50,208 nucleotides of DNA from Candidatus Kappaea frigidicola (lineage in GTDB: Bacteria > Omnitrophota > Gorgyraeia > JAGLLT01), in the NCBI GenBank assembly GCA_030765555.1, contig JAVCCI010000034.1, positions 1 to 50,208 of the forward strand, read 5' to 3'. The notes beneath the pieces were generated by a model that was not told the DNA's origin, did no database searches, and saw nothing but the letters and a program-made list of their open reading frames with translations. Below, in pieces: positions 8,753-18,274 of the stretch. Made by a program: the position numbers and the translations under genes. Position 1 is the first letter of the stretch. Each line of letters opens with the position of its first letter.

Positions 8753-9937
8753 TTAGTCTTCCATGTCCAAGACTTTTTTAATGCGTTTTAATGCTTCTTT
8801 TAAACGTTTTTCGTCATCAACTAAAGCAATCCTTATGTAACCTTCTCCATATTCTCCAAATCCAGTACCTGGAGCCACTCCCACACCAGCCTCTTTCATC
8901 AGTAGTGTTGCAAACTCCATTGATGTTAAAGCGCTATATTTCAAAGGAATATGAGCCCATATATAAAATGTACTTTTTGGTTTCTTAACATGCCAACCCA
9001 TTTCATTCATACCATCAACAAAAAGATCTCTTCTTTTCTTATAAATCTCAACATATTTTTTTACACAGTCCTGCGGACCGGTTAACGCTTTAATACCTGC
9101 ATACTGCACTGCTCTAAATATGCCAAAGTCCATATAACTTTTAGTCTTTGATATAGATTTAAGTATATCTCTATTACCAACAACAAATCCCAGTCTCCAA
9201 CCAGCCATACTATAAGATTTTGAAAGTGTATGATATTCAATGCACATCTTCTTAGAACCCTTCACACTTAAAATACTTGGGGTCTTATATCCGTCATATA
9301 CAATATCTGAGTATGCTAAATCATTAACAATAATTATATCCTTATCCTTACCCCAATCAACAACTTCTTCAAAAAAATCACTGTCAACAGTTGCTGTTGT
9401 CGGATTATGCGGATATCCTAGTATCAATATCTTAGCCATCTTTACGATATCTTTACTTAGTGACTTCAAGTCAGGTCTAAAATTATTTTCTTCTGTTAGA
9501 GGCAAGTTATATAAAATGCCGCCAGCCATTACAACACCATTAAAATGAACTGGGTAAGCTGGATTAGGCACCAAGACAACATCATCATGATTCAGAAAAG
9601 TAAGGTATAAGTTAGCAATTCCTTCTTTGGAGCCGATAAGTGGTAAAACTTCGTGCTCCGGATCAAGAGTTACCCCAAAGCGTTCATTATACCATTGAGC
9701 AATAGCTTCCTTAAACTTGCGCTCAGCATCACCATGAGGCCTTGAATATCTGTGATTAGCTTCAACCTTAGCCTGCTTGCAAAGCTCATCTACTATATGT
9801 TTCGGCGTAGGCAAGTCTGGGCTACCCATACCTAAGTCTATAACATCAACTCCATTTTCTTGTGCTTCATGTTTTAAATTATCCATTATCGTAAATAAGT
9901 ATAATGGCAATCGTTTAAGTCTATTTGCTTCCTGCAT
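8753..9937 (-). CDS. Class I/II PLP aminotransferase (LL-diaminopimelate aminotransferase / AlaC-like)
   Basis: RLPLYLF...VIDLGMGSPDLPTP N-terminus. PLP-lysine context SKSYSMAGWRLGF. 394 aa. Confidence 0.85.
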   Translation of the reverse strand: MQEANRLKRLPLYLFTIMDNLKHEAQENGVDVIDLGMGSPDLPTPKHIVDELCKQAKVEANHRYSRPHGDAERKFKEAIAQWYNERFGVTLDPEHEVLPLIGSKEGIANLYLTFLNHDDVVLVPNPAYPVHFNGVVMAGGILYNLPLTEENNFRPDLKSLSKDIVKMAKILILGYPHNPTTATVDSDFFEEVVDWGKDKDIIIVNDLAYSDIVYDGYKTPSILSVKGSKKMCIEYHTLSKSYSMAGWRLGFVVGNRDILKSISKTKSYMDFGIFRAVQYAGIKALTGPQDCVKKYVEIYKKRRDLFVDGMNEMGWHVKKPKSTFYIWAHIPLKYSALTSMEFATLLMKEAGVGVAPGTGFGEYGEGYIRIALVDDEKRLKEALKRIKKVLDMED

Positions 9938-9952
9938 TATTTTTCATCCTTC

Positions 9953-10195
9953 TTATTCAGTTTCTAAAACAGCTATAGTTTCTCCAACTTTTATTTCTTC
10001 ACCTTCATCAAATTTTTTCTTAATTAACTTTCCATCAAGTGGAGAAGGCACGTTAAATGTGGCCTTTTCAGTCACCACTTCCAATAGGTCACTATTCTCA
10101 CTAACAACATCTCCTTCTTCCACATGCCAAAAAGAAACATTGGCACTTGTAATCTCTTCGCCTAAGTCAGGTAATTTAACTTCTATCTCTGGCAT
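9953..10195 (-). CDS. Stand-alone lipoyl/biotinyl-attachment domain protein (80 aa)
   Basis: Single hybrid-barrel domain with a candidate modified Lys in VVTEKATFNVPSP (lipoyl-type T-[DE]-K-A) and a hairpin G at DGKL. Strong SD (GGAGG). Downstream of lipB. Confidence 0.7.
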   Translation of the reverse strand: MPEIEVKLPDLGEEITSANVSFWHVEEGDVVSENSDLLEVVTEKATFNVPSPLDGKLIKKKFDEGEEIKVGETIAVLETE

Positions 10196-10235
10196 TAATT
10201 TCCTCCAACAATAATTACTAAGTTCATTTTAGATT

Positions 10236-10264
10236 ATTATACAAATAACCCATTAAAATTTCAA
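10236..10264 (-). promoter_or_regulatory. Sigma70-like promoter upstream of the lipoyl-domain gene
   Basis: TTGAAA, 17 nt, TATAAT. Confidence 0.55.
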
Positions 10265-10277
10265 GTAAAAACTCTAC

Positions 10278-10302
10278 AAGCAGATTCTGAGTTTATCTGC
10301 TT
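10278..10302 (-). terminator. Hairpin after lipB
   Basis: AAGCAGAU-AAACUCAGA-AUCUGCUU, followed by GUAGAGUUUUU. Touches the lipB stop codon. Confidence 0.4.
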
Positions 10303-10925
10303 CAAATCTTGAAATTATCTTTAAATACTTGTTCGAAAATTATCCTAAACTCCTCTAAGCTAACCTCTTGGCGAATAATCTTATCCAAAGAAATCATTAC
10401 ACTTGAATTATAACCACACGGTTTTATCATACCAAAATATTTCAAATCTACATTTAAATTTATAGCAACCCCATGATAAGTTACCCACCGCTTTATTCCA
10501 ATACCAATAGAGGCAATTTTTTTATTATCAACCCAAACTCCCCTTTGACCTTTTATAGAATTTGCTTTAATACCATAAAAAGCTAATGCAGAAATGACAA
10601 TATTTTCTATTCTGTTTAAAAATAAATGAACATCCTTTTTGTGTTTTCTTAAATCAATTATAGGATAGCAGACCAACTGTCCTGGACCATGATAGGTAAC
10701 ACTACCCCCCCTATCAGCCTCTATTACTTTGATGTCATGGTTTTGCAAAACATTCTTATCAGGAATCTCAGTTTTATTAAAAGTTCTTCCTGTAGTTATG
10801 ACATGAGGATGCTCTACTAATAAGATCGTATCGGGAATAGATCCCTCTACTCTAAGACTATGAAGTTGCTTCTGATAGTCATAGCATTGCTTATAGTCAA
10901 TTTTTCCTAAGCTCATAAATTTCAT
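10302..10925 (-). CDS. lipB: Octanoyltransferase LipB
   Basis: 207 aa with RGGSVTYHGPGQLV and a KIASIG lysine context, both typical of LipB. Confidence 0.9.
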   Translation of the reverse strand: MKFMSLGKIDYKQCYDYQKQLHSLRVEGSIPDTILLVEHPHVITTGRTFNKTEIPDKNVLQNHDIKVIEADRGGSVTYHGPGQLVCYPIIDLRKHKKDVHLFLNRIENIVISALAFYGIKANSIKGQRGVWVDNKKIASIGIGIKRWVTYHGVAINLNVDLKYFGMIKPCGYNSSVMISLDKIIRQEVSLEEFRIIFEQVFKDNFKI

Positions 10926-10936
10926 AATATTATTTA

Positions 10937-12613
10937 CTACATGCTTGTAGGTGATGAAACCCCTAGAAGATTAAGGCCGGCATGAAGGATATTTTTAGCC
11001 GCCTTGATAAGCTTTATCCTTGCTGCAGTTTTAGCTAGGTCATCATCAAGCACTCTGTGACTATGGTAAAACGAATGAAATGCCTCTGCAACCTTACGCA
11101 AATAAACTACAATAAAATAAGGCTCTCTAGATAACGCTGCGGATTCAACAGCACCAGGATATTCCACAAGTGCATATATCAAGGCCATCTCCTGCGCATC
11201 ATTTAATTGATTAAAATCACACCGTGGCAATCTTTTAACATCCTCTTTTTGCTTTTGAAGTATACTACAAATACGCGCATGAGCATATTGGATATAATAA
11301 ACAGGATTATCCATTGATTTCTTCTTAGCCAACGCTAAATCAAAATCAAGATGACTATTAGTTTTTCTCATTAGAAAGAAGAATCTCGCTACATCAGGAC
11401 CAACCTCATGGACTAATTGTCTTAAGGTAATATACTGTCCTTTTCTGGTAGACATAGAAACCAGCTTACCATTCTTGAACAAAGTTGCCAGCTGTATAAT
11501 AACCACTTCTAAAAAATCATCAGCTGCCCCTAACGCTCTTACAGCTGCATTAATGCGTGGTATATATCCATGATGATCAGGACCCCATATATTAATTACT
11601 TTTCTAAATTTCCTTTTTATTTTATTCTCATGATAGGCTATATCTGGCGCCAAATAAGTATATTCTCCTGTACTTTTAACAACAACCCTATCTTTATCAT
11701 CTCCGTAAACACTAGACTTAAACCAAACAGCCCCATCTTCTTCAAAAATGAGCTTTTTTTTCTTTAATTTCTTTATTACTCTAGGAACAGCATCAGTTCT
11801 CATCATTTTCTTCTGAGAAAACCACACATCCATAGATACATCGATATCATCTAAATCTTTCTTTATTCCATCCATAATTTGCTTTACCGTATAAACAGAA
11901 AGCATTTTTTTTACGTTTAGATGCTTTTTATCAAAAGATTCCTTACCAAAGCGCTTAATAAAATCCTTTACTATATCAACTAAATACTCGCCTTGATACC
12001 CGTCTTCAGGCAAGGTAAAATCTTTACCCTGTAGCTCAAGACATCTAGCCATTGCTGATTTTCCCAAAGCATCAATTTGATTACCTTCATCATTGATAAA
12101 ATATTCTTTGGTGGTATTATAGCCGCAAGTTTTCAATGTCCGAGATATTACATCTCCTACAACTGCTTGCCTGCCATGAGCTATGCTAAGAGGACCAGTA
12201 GGATTTGCGCTTACAAATTCAATTTGAACCTTTTTCTTTCGCCCTATATTGTGAGGTTTAAACTTTGAAGGTGAATCTGCAATTATCTTAATTAGTTTAT
12301 TAAGAAATTTTCTACTATATGTAATATTTATAAATCCAGGCTTAACTACATCTATAGATTCTATCCATGAATCTTTTTTACTTAATGATAATAAATTCTG
12401 GAGTTCTTTTGTTATTTTTTCAGCTGTATTAAATGGAGAATTTCTTAAGATGGGAGCTACTTGAAATGCAATATTTGTAGACAGATTGCCAAATCGCTTA
12501 TCTTTAGGAAGACTAATTTCTACATTAAACTTCTTCCCTGTAGAAACTGGCAATACAGCAAGGATAGCCTTATTCAGTAATGTTTTGAGTTCGTTTTCTA
12601 GAGTCTTTAGCAC
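10937..12613 (-). CDS. argS: Arginine--tRNA ligase
   Basis: 558 aa. HIGH-region variant SANPTGPLSIAHGR, an ArgS anticodon-binding C-terminus, and a terminal M. Confidence 0.95.
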   Translation of the reverse strand: MLKTLENELKTLLNKAILAVLPVSTGKKFNVEISLPKDKRFGNLSTNIAFQVAPILRNSPFNTAEKITKELQNLLSLSKKDSWIESIDVVKPGFINITYSRKFLNKLIKIIADSPSKFKPHNIGRKKKVQIEFVSANPTGPLSIAHGRQAVVGDVISRTLKTCGYNTTKEYFINDEGNQIDALGKSAMARCLELQGKDFTLPEDGYQGEYLVDIVKDFIKRFGKESFDKKHLNVKKMLSVYTVKQIMDGIKKDLDDIDVSMDVWFSQKKMMRTDAVPRVIKKLKKKKLIFEEDGAVWFKSSVYGDDKDRVVVKSTGEYTYLAPDIAYHENKIKRKFRKVINIWGPDHHGYIPRINAAVRALGAADDFLEVVIIQLATLFKNGKLVSMSTRKGQYITLRQLVHEVGPDVARFFFLMRKTNSHLDFDLALAKKKSMDNPVYYIQYAHARICSILQKQKEDVKRLPRCDFNQLNDAQEMALIYALVEYPGAVESAALSREPYFIVVYLRKVAEAFHSFYHSHRVLDDDLAKTAARIKLIKAAKNILHAGLNLLGVSSPTSM

Positions 12614-12977
12614 GTTCTTCAGTTATTGCGTTTTGAGGTGCATCAGCCCACAGTCGTTCAAGACTGTAAAATTCACGCAGGTCGTTCTTAAAGACGTGAA
12701 CTACAACATCAATATAATCTAGCAATATCCAAGATCCTTCTTTATAACCTTCTATACTAGAAGGCTTTATAGAAACATCTTTAAGCTCCCCTAATATATA
12801 GTCAGCAATAGCTTTATTTTTTCTCTCACTACTACCACCACATATAAGAAAAAAGTCGCATACCGCAGCCACATTGGACATATTCATAATAACTACGTTA
12901 TCGGCTTTTTTCTCAAGGGCAGCTCTTGCTACTAAGAGTGTTTTTTCTTTAGCGCTGAGCTTTTTACTTTGAATCAT
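12570..12977 (-). CDS. rsfS: Ribosome silencing factor RsfS
   Basis: 135 aa. DYIDVVVHVF and the WILLDY pattern are typical of RsfS/YbeB. There is a 44-nt overlap with argS. Confidence 0.85.
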   Translation of the reverse strand: MIQSKKLSAKEKTLLVARAALEKKADNVVIMNMSNVAAVCDFFLICGGSSERKNKAIADYILGELKDVSIKPSSIEGYKEGSWILLDYIDVVVHVFKNDLREFYSLERLWADAPQNAITEERAKDSRKRTQNITE

Positions 12978-12998
12978 TAATTAATTATAAAAGGAATG

Positions 12999-13142
12999 CT
13001 ACTTTTTACCTAAAATCCTATACATGCCTGTTCCACATGTAGGACATTTACCTTTAAGTGCCTTTCGACCATTCTTCATGGTTACTTCTTCAGAATCTGA
13101 CATTTCTTTTTTTGCTTTACACTTCACACAATATGCTTCCAT
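12999..13142 (-). CDS. Small zinc-ribbon protein, DUF5679-like (47 aa; absent from ORF track)
   Basis: My translation is MEAYCVKCKAKKEMSDSEEVTMKNGRKALKGKCPTCGTGMYRILGKK. It has a CxxC...CxxC ribbon and a strong SD (GAGGAGGT) 6 nt upstream of the ATG. A sigma70-like promoter lies at 13171-13199. Confidence 0.75.
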   Translation of the reverse strand: MEAYCVKCKAKKEMSDSEEVTMKNGRKALKGKCPTCGTGMYRILGKK

Positions 13143-13170
13143 GAAATACCTCCTCGTTTATTTGATTATT

Positions 13171-13199
13171 AGTGTACCATAGTCATTACTATTAGTCAA
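13171..13199 (-). promoter_or_regulatory. Sigma70-like promoter upstream of the DUF5679 small ORF, rsfS and argS
   Basis: TTGACT, 17 nt, TACACT, with a TGG extended -10. The -35 overlaps the stop codon of the GT28 gene. Confidence 0.55.
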
Positions 13200-14332
13200 A
13201 TGCTTTTTGAAATAGCTTCAGCGATATCTAAAGCCGCATTGGGTCTTGATATTTTTTTTGCATTTGAAATTATTTTTTGAGAAAAATTGTTATTATCCAA
13301 GAAATTCCTAACAGTAACCCTTATGTCTTTTATTTTTTTAACTCTGTAAATAGCTTCCTGATTTTGAAGATACTCAAGATTCCTTGATTCCTGACCACCA
13401 ACTGAACTATAAATAATCATGGGCAAACCTATGGCTAAAGCTTCAGACGAAGTCAGGCCACCTGGTTTAGTTATTAATAGATTAGCTAACAACATTAAAG
13501 TAATAATATCATCTAAGAATCCGTATATTTCAACTTTATGTTTAAAATTGGCTGATCTTTTATCAAGTTTTTTCTTGAGTCTTTTATTTTTTCCACAGAC
13601 TATTTGAAGCTCAAAATTTAAATCCAGCTTATCAAGCTCAGAAGCAATAATATCAAGTGGCCCTACACCCATACTACCTGCCATTAGCAAAATCCTAGGC
13701 ACAGCAAAATTATGCCCAAGAACAAGTTCCTTCTTAATTAAAGTTGCAGCAGTAGAAAATTTAGGATCAATTGGTATCCCAGATACAATTATTTTGTCAG
13801 CTGGTATGTCATTACTAATTAATTTATCCTTCATTTCATCAGTAGCTACAAAATAACCATCAACATTATCCATTAACCAGAATGGATGCACATCATAATC
13901 AGTAATAACTGCATAAAGCTTAAAAGCTTCTCTGCTTTTTTTTCTAATTGCTGAAAAAACGGCACAGGGCACTACCTGCGTACATATAACGACGCAAGGC
14001 TTATGCTCATCATAATATTTCTTAAACTTTCTATAAGTAGGAGCCAAAAGAATTTTCTTTATAGGGTTGGCTTTTCTATAAAACAGCTGATTACCCCAAA
14101 GGCTATCATGAATTTTTCTAGAATTCTTTATAAACCAAATATATAAGCCATGAGCAAAATTTGCAAAAGTTGGAGAAATAAATTCTAAAGCATTAATTAG
14201 GATTATCTCTAAGGATGGTTCTTTGATTTTAAAACTCTTAGCAAGAGACATAGCAGCCATGCAATGTCCTGAATCAGCAGTAGAATATAATATAAAAGCT
14301 TTTCTAGCAGATTTAGTCGTGCCAGTCATCAA
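13196..14332 (-). CDS. GT28-family glycolipid synthase (monogalactosyldiacylglycerol synthase-like)
   Basis: 378 aa with an MGDG_synth-like N-terminal half and a GT-B C-terminal half containing KPGGLTSSEALA. Confidence 0.75.
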   Translation of the reverse strand: MMTGTTKSARKAFILYSTADSGHCMAAMSLAKSFKIKEPSLEIILINALEFISPTFANFAHGLYIWFIKNSRKIHDSLWGNQLFYRKANPIKKILLAPTYRKFKKYYDEHKPCVVICTQVVPCAVFSAIRKKSREAFKLYAVITDYDVHPFWLMDNVDGYFVATDEMKDKLISNDIPADKIIVSGIPIDPKFSTAATLIKKELVLGHNFAVPRILLMAGSMGVGPLDIIASELDKLDLNFELQIVCGKNKRLKKKLDKRSANFKHKVEIYGFLDDIITLMLLANLLITKPGGLTSSEALAIGLPMIIYSSVGGQESRNLEYLQNQEAIYRVKKIKDIRVTVRNFLDNNNFSQKIISNAKKISRPNAALDIAEAISKSI

Positions 14333-15314
14333 TCTCCCCTACTATCTCCTCTAAAAGATCTTCAAGAGATATGAGACCACTAATCTTATCTTGGCTATCT
14401 GTTACAATAGCTATTTGTATACGCTTGCGTTGAAAATCTTTCAGTAAATCCATAGCAATTTTATCAGATGAAACAAAATAAGCAGGTCTGATTAAATCTC
14501 TTAATACTATTTTTTCCTTTGCCTCCCAGACTTTCAGCAAATCTCTGGCATATAAAACACCTATCATATTATCAAACTCATCCTCATAAATAGGTATTCT
14601 GGCATAACCCTCTTTATTCACTAGAGTTAATAAATCCTCAACTGGGGTATTAACATCAGCTGCAATAATTTCAGAACGAGGAATCATTACCTTTGAAACA
14701 TGGATATCGTTAAACTCAAACACCCTATGCAGCATATCTCTCTCTTCATCTTCAACCGCGCCAACTTCACTACCAACTTCAATAATAGTTTTAATTTCTT
14801 CTTCAGTTATTATAGGCGATTTTCCCTTTGCATTGCCACCGAAGAGTTTTATTATAACGTGGCTGAATTTTGTAAAAACATTCGAAATGGGGCTCAATAA
14901 TCTAATGGTAAAATCCATAATTCCCGCTACTTTAAATGAGTACTTCTCTGCATGCCTAGCTGCAAATATTTTAGGAGTTATTTCACTAAAAACAAGAATA
15001 AGAATCGTCATAACAAATGTGGAAACTATAATACCTATTTTTGGGCCTAAGAAATAATAAAATGCTGCAGCTGATAATGAAGAAATAGCTATATTAACAA
15101 AATTATTACTAATTAATATTGTTGTGATAAGTTGATCAGAGTTACCAATTAATTTCTGAACCAACTTAGCTTTGGGACCTTTTTGTTTAGCTAAATGTCT
15201 TAATCGTAAACGATTAAGTGATAAATAAGCCGTTTCAGATCCTGAAAGAAATGCGGATATTAACAGAAGAACAATAATAGACAAAACCAATAGTATTAAA
15301 GCAAGTAAATTCAT
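14313..15314 (-). CDS. CNNM/DUF21 transmembrane domain plus CBS-pair protein (hemolysin/CorC-like, no CorC_HlyC tail)
   Basis: N-terminal 4-TM DUF21 (SGSETAYLSL) followed by tandem CBS domains. 333 aa. Confidence 0.8.
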   Translation of the reverse strand: MNLLALILLVLSIIVLLLISAFLSGSETAYLSLNRLRLRHLAKQKGPKAKLVQKLIGNSDQLITTILISNNFVNIAISSLSAAAFYYFLGPKIGIIVSTFVMTILILVFSEITPKIFAARHAEKYSFKVAGIMDFTIRLLSPISNVFTKFSHVIIKLFGGNAKGKSPIITEEEIKTIIEVGSEVGAVEDEERDMLHRVFEFNDIHVSKVMIPRSEIIAADVNTPVEDLLTLVNKEGYARIPIYEDEFDNMIGVLYARDLLKVWEAKEKIVLRDLIRPAYFVSSDKIAMDLLKDFQRKRIQIAIVTDSQDKISGLISLEDLLEEIVGEIDDWHD

Positions 15315-15317
15315 CTT

Positions 15318-15887
15318 TTACCTATATAAGTTTTTTTTGTTTATGTATTTGAATACTTCCGGCGGTACCATGAATTGAAAATCATTATTATTTTTAATCA
15401 AATCTCTAATTTTAGAAGACGATGTATCTATTGCCTCAATATCAATATATTCGACCTCATCAATTTTAGATTCCTCATTAAAGCCCGGCCTTCTTGCAAT
15501 AACAAACGTACAAATCTTGCACAATTCGTCAATATCCTTCCATTCATTCAACCTAGCAGTTATATCTCCACCAGCAATAAAATAGAGCTTATCATTCTCT
15601 TTTAAGTTTTTATTGAAATGTTTAATAGTATCAATTGTATACGATGTATTTTTTTTATCCAATTCATAAGTTGATACTTCGAAAAATTTAAAAGCCTTGA
15701 GTGTATTCTCAAGCATAACCAATCTATTCTCAACAGATACAGCATCATCAGTCGAAGCAAAAGGGCTAATATACGCTGGCACAAAAATAACTTTGTCTAG
15801 CGCAAGCTGCCTCATTGCTTCTTCTGCTAATCTTAAATGTCCTAAATGAACAGGATTAAAAGTGCCCCCCAATATACCTAAACGCAT
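15318..15887 (-). CDS. nadD: Nicotinate-nucleotide adenylyltransferase
   Basis: GILGGTFNPVHLGHL (the HxGH motif) and a C-terminal SSSKIR motif. Confidence 0.9.
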   Translation of the reverse strand: MRLGILGGTFNPVHLGHLRLAEEAMRQLALDKVIFVPAYISPFASTDDAVSVENRLVMLENTLKAFKFFEVSTYELDKKNTSYTIDTIKHFNKNLKENDKLYFIAGGDITARLNEWKDIDELCKICTFVIARRPGFNEESKIDEVEYIDIEAIDTSSSKIRDLIKNNNDFQFMVPPEVFKYINKKNLYR

Positions 15888-17150
15888 TTACTTAGTCCTT
15901 ATCTGGCCATTACCGATAATTACATACTTATAACTTGTGAGCTCAGCAACGCCCATAGGGCCTCTAGCATGCATCCTGCCAGTACTAATGCCAATTTCTG
16001 CTCCAAGTCCAAACTGATTTCCATCGGTAAACCTTGTTGAAGCATTCAAGTATACACAAGCAGAATCTACTTTATTCAAAAAATATTCAGCAGATTCACA
16101 ACTGTCAGTAATAATAACTTCAGAAAGACCGGAACTATATTTAGCAATATGATCTATGGCATCATGCATGCTATTAACAACTCTGATTGAAATAATCTTA
16201 TCTAAGTATTCTGTTTCCCAATCTTTACATGTTGCCTTATTAATCTGACCCTTCAAAATATTATACGTCTCGATGCAGCCTCTAACTTCTGCTCCCTTAA
16301 CCTTTAAGCTCCTCACCATTGAAGGCAAAAATCTTCCTGCTACATGCTTATGGACTAATAACGTTTCAATTGCATTACAAACACTTGTTCTCTGTAATTT
16401 AGCATTAAGTATTATTTTCTCTGCCATATTTAAATCAGCATATTCATCAACATAAGCATGACAAAGGCCTTTATAATGTTTTACAACAGGTATTTTTGAA
16501 TACTTTATGACTTCCTTAATAAGACTCTCTCCACCTCTAGGTATAATTAAATCAATATTCTTTTCTTCTTTGAGCAAGTAACGCACTGCTTTGCGATCAG
16601 TAGTTTTAATCATGGAAATAGCGCCTTCAGGCAAACCATTTTTCAAAGCAACTTTACTTAGAACCTCTAATATAGCTAGATTAGAATATATGGCGCTACT
16701 GCCCCCTCTTAAGATAATAGCATTACCAGCTTTTAAACAAAGCCCTATGCAATCACTAGTAACGTTAGGTCTTGATTCATAAATTACGCCAATAACACCT
16801 AAGGGTGCTCTAACTTTCATAATCTGCAAACCATTAGGTCTCTTAATTGAGGATATCACGCTCCCAATAGGATCTTCTTGAGCCGCTACCTCTTTCAGGC
16901 ATGCACTCATTTGTTTGATTCTATCTTTATTCAAAGTTAATCTATCTACAAAACTTTCTTTAAGGCCAGTCTTTCTGGCTATATTAATATCTCGCTTGTT
17001 AGCTTTGATAATATATGCACTATTAACCACTAAAGCCCGAGCCATCTGCTCTAAAGTTCTGTTTTTTACATCAGTTGATAATTGACGCAACTCTGAGGAT
17101 GCCCTTCTTGCTTTTGTGGCTATTAATTTAATTTCCTGACTAATATTCAT
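15888..17150 (-). CDS. proA: Gamma-glutamyl phosphate reductase
   Basis: 420 aa aldehyde-dehydrogenase fold with catalytic Cys context TSVCNAIETLLVH. Follows proB. Confidence 0.95.
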   Translation of the reverse strand: MNISQEIKLIATKARRASSELRQLSTDVKNRTLEQMARALVVNSAYIIKANKRDINIARKTGLKESFVDRLTLNKDRIKQMSACLKEVAAQEDPIGSVISSIKRPNGLQIMKVRAPLGVIGVIYESRPNVTSDCIGLCLKAGNAIILRGGSSAIYSNLAILEVLSKVALKNGLPEGAISMIKTTDRKAVRYLLKEEKNIDLIIPRGGESLIKEVIKYSKIPVVKHYKGLCHAYVDEYADLNMAEKIILNAKLQRTSVCNAIETLLVHKHVAGRFLPSMVRSLKVKGAEVRGCIETYNILKGQINKATCKDWETEYLDKIISIRVVNSMHDAIDHIAKYSSGLSEVIITDSCESAEYFLNKVDSACVYLNASTRFTDGNQFGLGAEIGISTGRMHARGPMGVAELTSYKYVIIGNGQIRTK

Positions 17151-17164
17151 CTAATTCTCCTGTA

Positions 17165-18274
17165 CTATAAAATTACGAGGTTATCTCTATGTATTATCTC
17201 ATCATAATATTTACTACCCAGTTCTTTTTCTATCTCTGAAGTTTTGAGGCCTCTGATTCTATCTATTTCTTTGGCCGCATAATTCGTAAACCCTCTGGCA
17301 AGCTCTTTACCTGATTCACTGACTATTAGTACAAGATCACCATAAGCAAAGCTTCCAGAAACATTAATTATACCGGCTGACAAAAGACTTCTGCCATGCT
17401 CGCATAGTGCCTGCGCAGCTCCTTTATCTACAACTAGCTTGCCCTTAATTTTTTTACTAAAGGCAATCCATTTCTTTCTATCATTTAGTTTAACTTTTTT
17501 TGCTTTAAAAAAAGTTCCTACATTCTTACCCTTTAGAATATCGCTTAAAATGTCAGCCTTTTTACCATTTGCGATAATGCATGTTATGCCAGAGGAAGTA
17601 ACCATGCGAGCCGCTTCTAGCTTAGTTTTCATACCTCCAACACTTAATTCGCAACTAGCCCCTACTGCATGATGTTCAACTCGGCCTATTTCTTCAACAA
17701 TATCAATTTTTTCCTGTTTTCCCTCTGAATTCAAGCAGTATAAACCATCTACATCAGTTAAAATGATGAGTGCTTGAGCAGATACAAAATTGGCTACCAT
17801 AGCTGATAACTGATCATTGTCACCAAATTTAATTTCATCAGTCGAAACTGTGTCATTCTCATTAATTATAGGCAATATGTCCCTTTCAAGAAGAGTTATA
17901 ATTGTATTCTTAGCATTTAAATACCTTTGCCTATTACTTAGATCAGCTCTAGTCAAAAGAACCTGAGCTGTTACTATCTTTTTTTTATGAAAGAAATTAT
18001 CATATATTTTCATTAGGCGACTTTGACCTATAGCTGCAGCAGCTTGAAGAATCCTTAAGGTCTTCGGTCTTCTGGTAAGTTGAAGTTGACTCATACCTTC
18101 AGCAATTGCTCCTGATGAAACTAAAACTACCTCAACTCCACTCTTTAGCAACTTAATTATCTGAGCACACAATAACCCAACTTCCCTCTTATCCAAACAT
18201 GAATCCTTTGAGGTTATAATCTTCGTGCCCACTTTGATGACCACTCTCTTAAATAGTTTCTTTTTCTTTATCAT
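17165..18274 (-). CDS. proB: Glutamate 5-kinase (with PUA domain)
   Basis: 369 aa. VIKVGTKIIT, FGDNDQLSA, and a C-terminal PUA-like region. Confidence 0.95.
   Translation of the reverse strand: MIKKKKLFKRVVIKVGTKIITSKDSCLDKREVGLLCAQIIKLLKSGVEVVLVSSGAIAEGMSQLQLTRRPKTLRILQAAAAIGQSRLMKIYDNFFHKKKIVTAQVLLTRADLSNRQRYLNAKNTIITLLERDILPIINENDTVSTDEIKFGDNDQLSAMVANFVSAQALIILTDVDGLYCLNSEGKQEKIDIVEEIGRVEHHAVGASCELSVGGMKTKLEAARMVTSSGITCIIANGKKADILSDILKGKNVGTFFKAKKVKLNDRKKWIAFSKKIKGKLVVDKGAAQALCEHGRSLLSAGIINVSGSFAYGDLVLIVSESGKELARGFTNYAAKEIDRIRGLKTSEIEKELGSKYYDEIIHRDNLVIL

Noticed and set aside
12570-12613. 44-nt rsfS/argS overlap as a sign of a frameshift or pseudogene
   Set aside because: Both proteins are full length with intact N- and C-terminal motifs. 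Overlaps of this size are common in this compact window.
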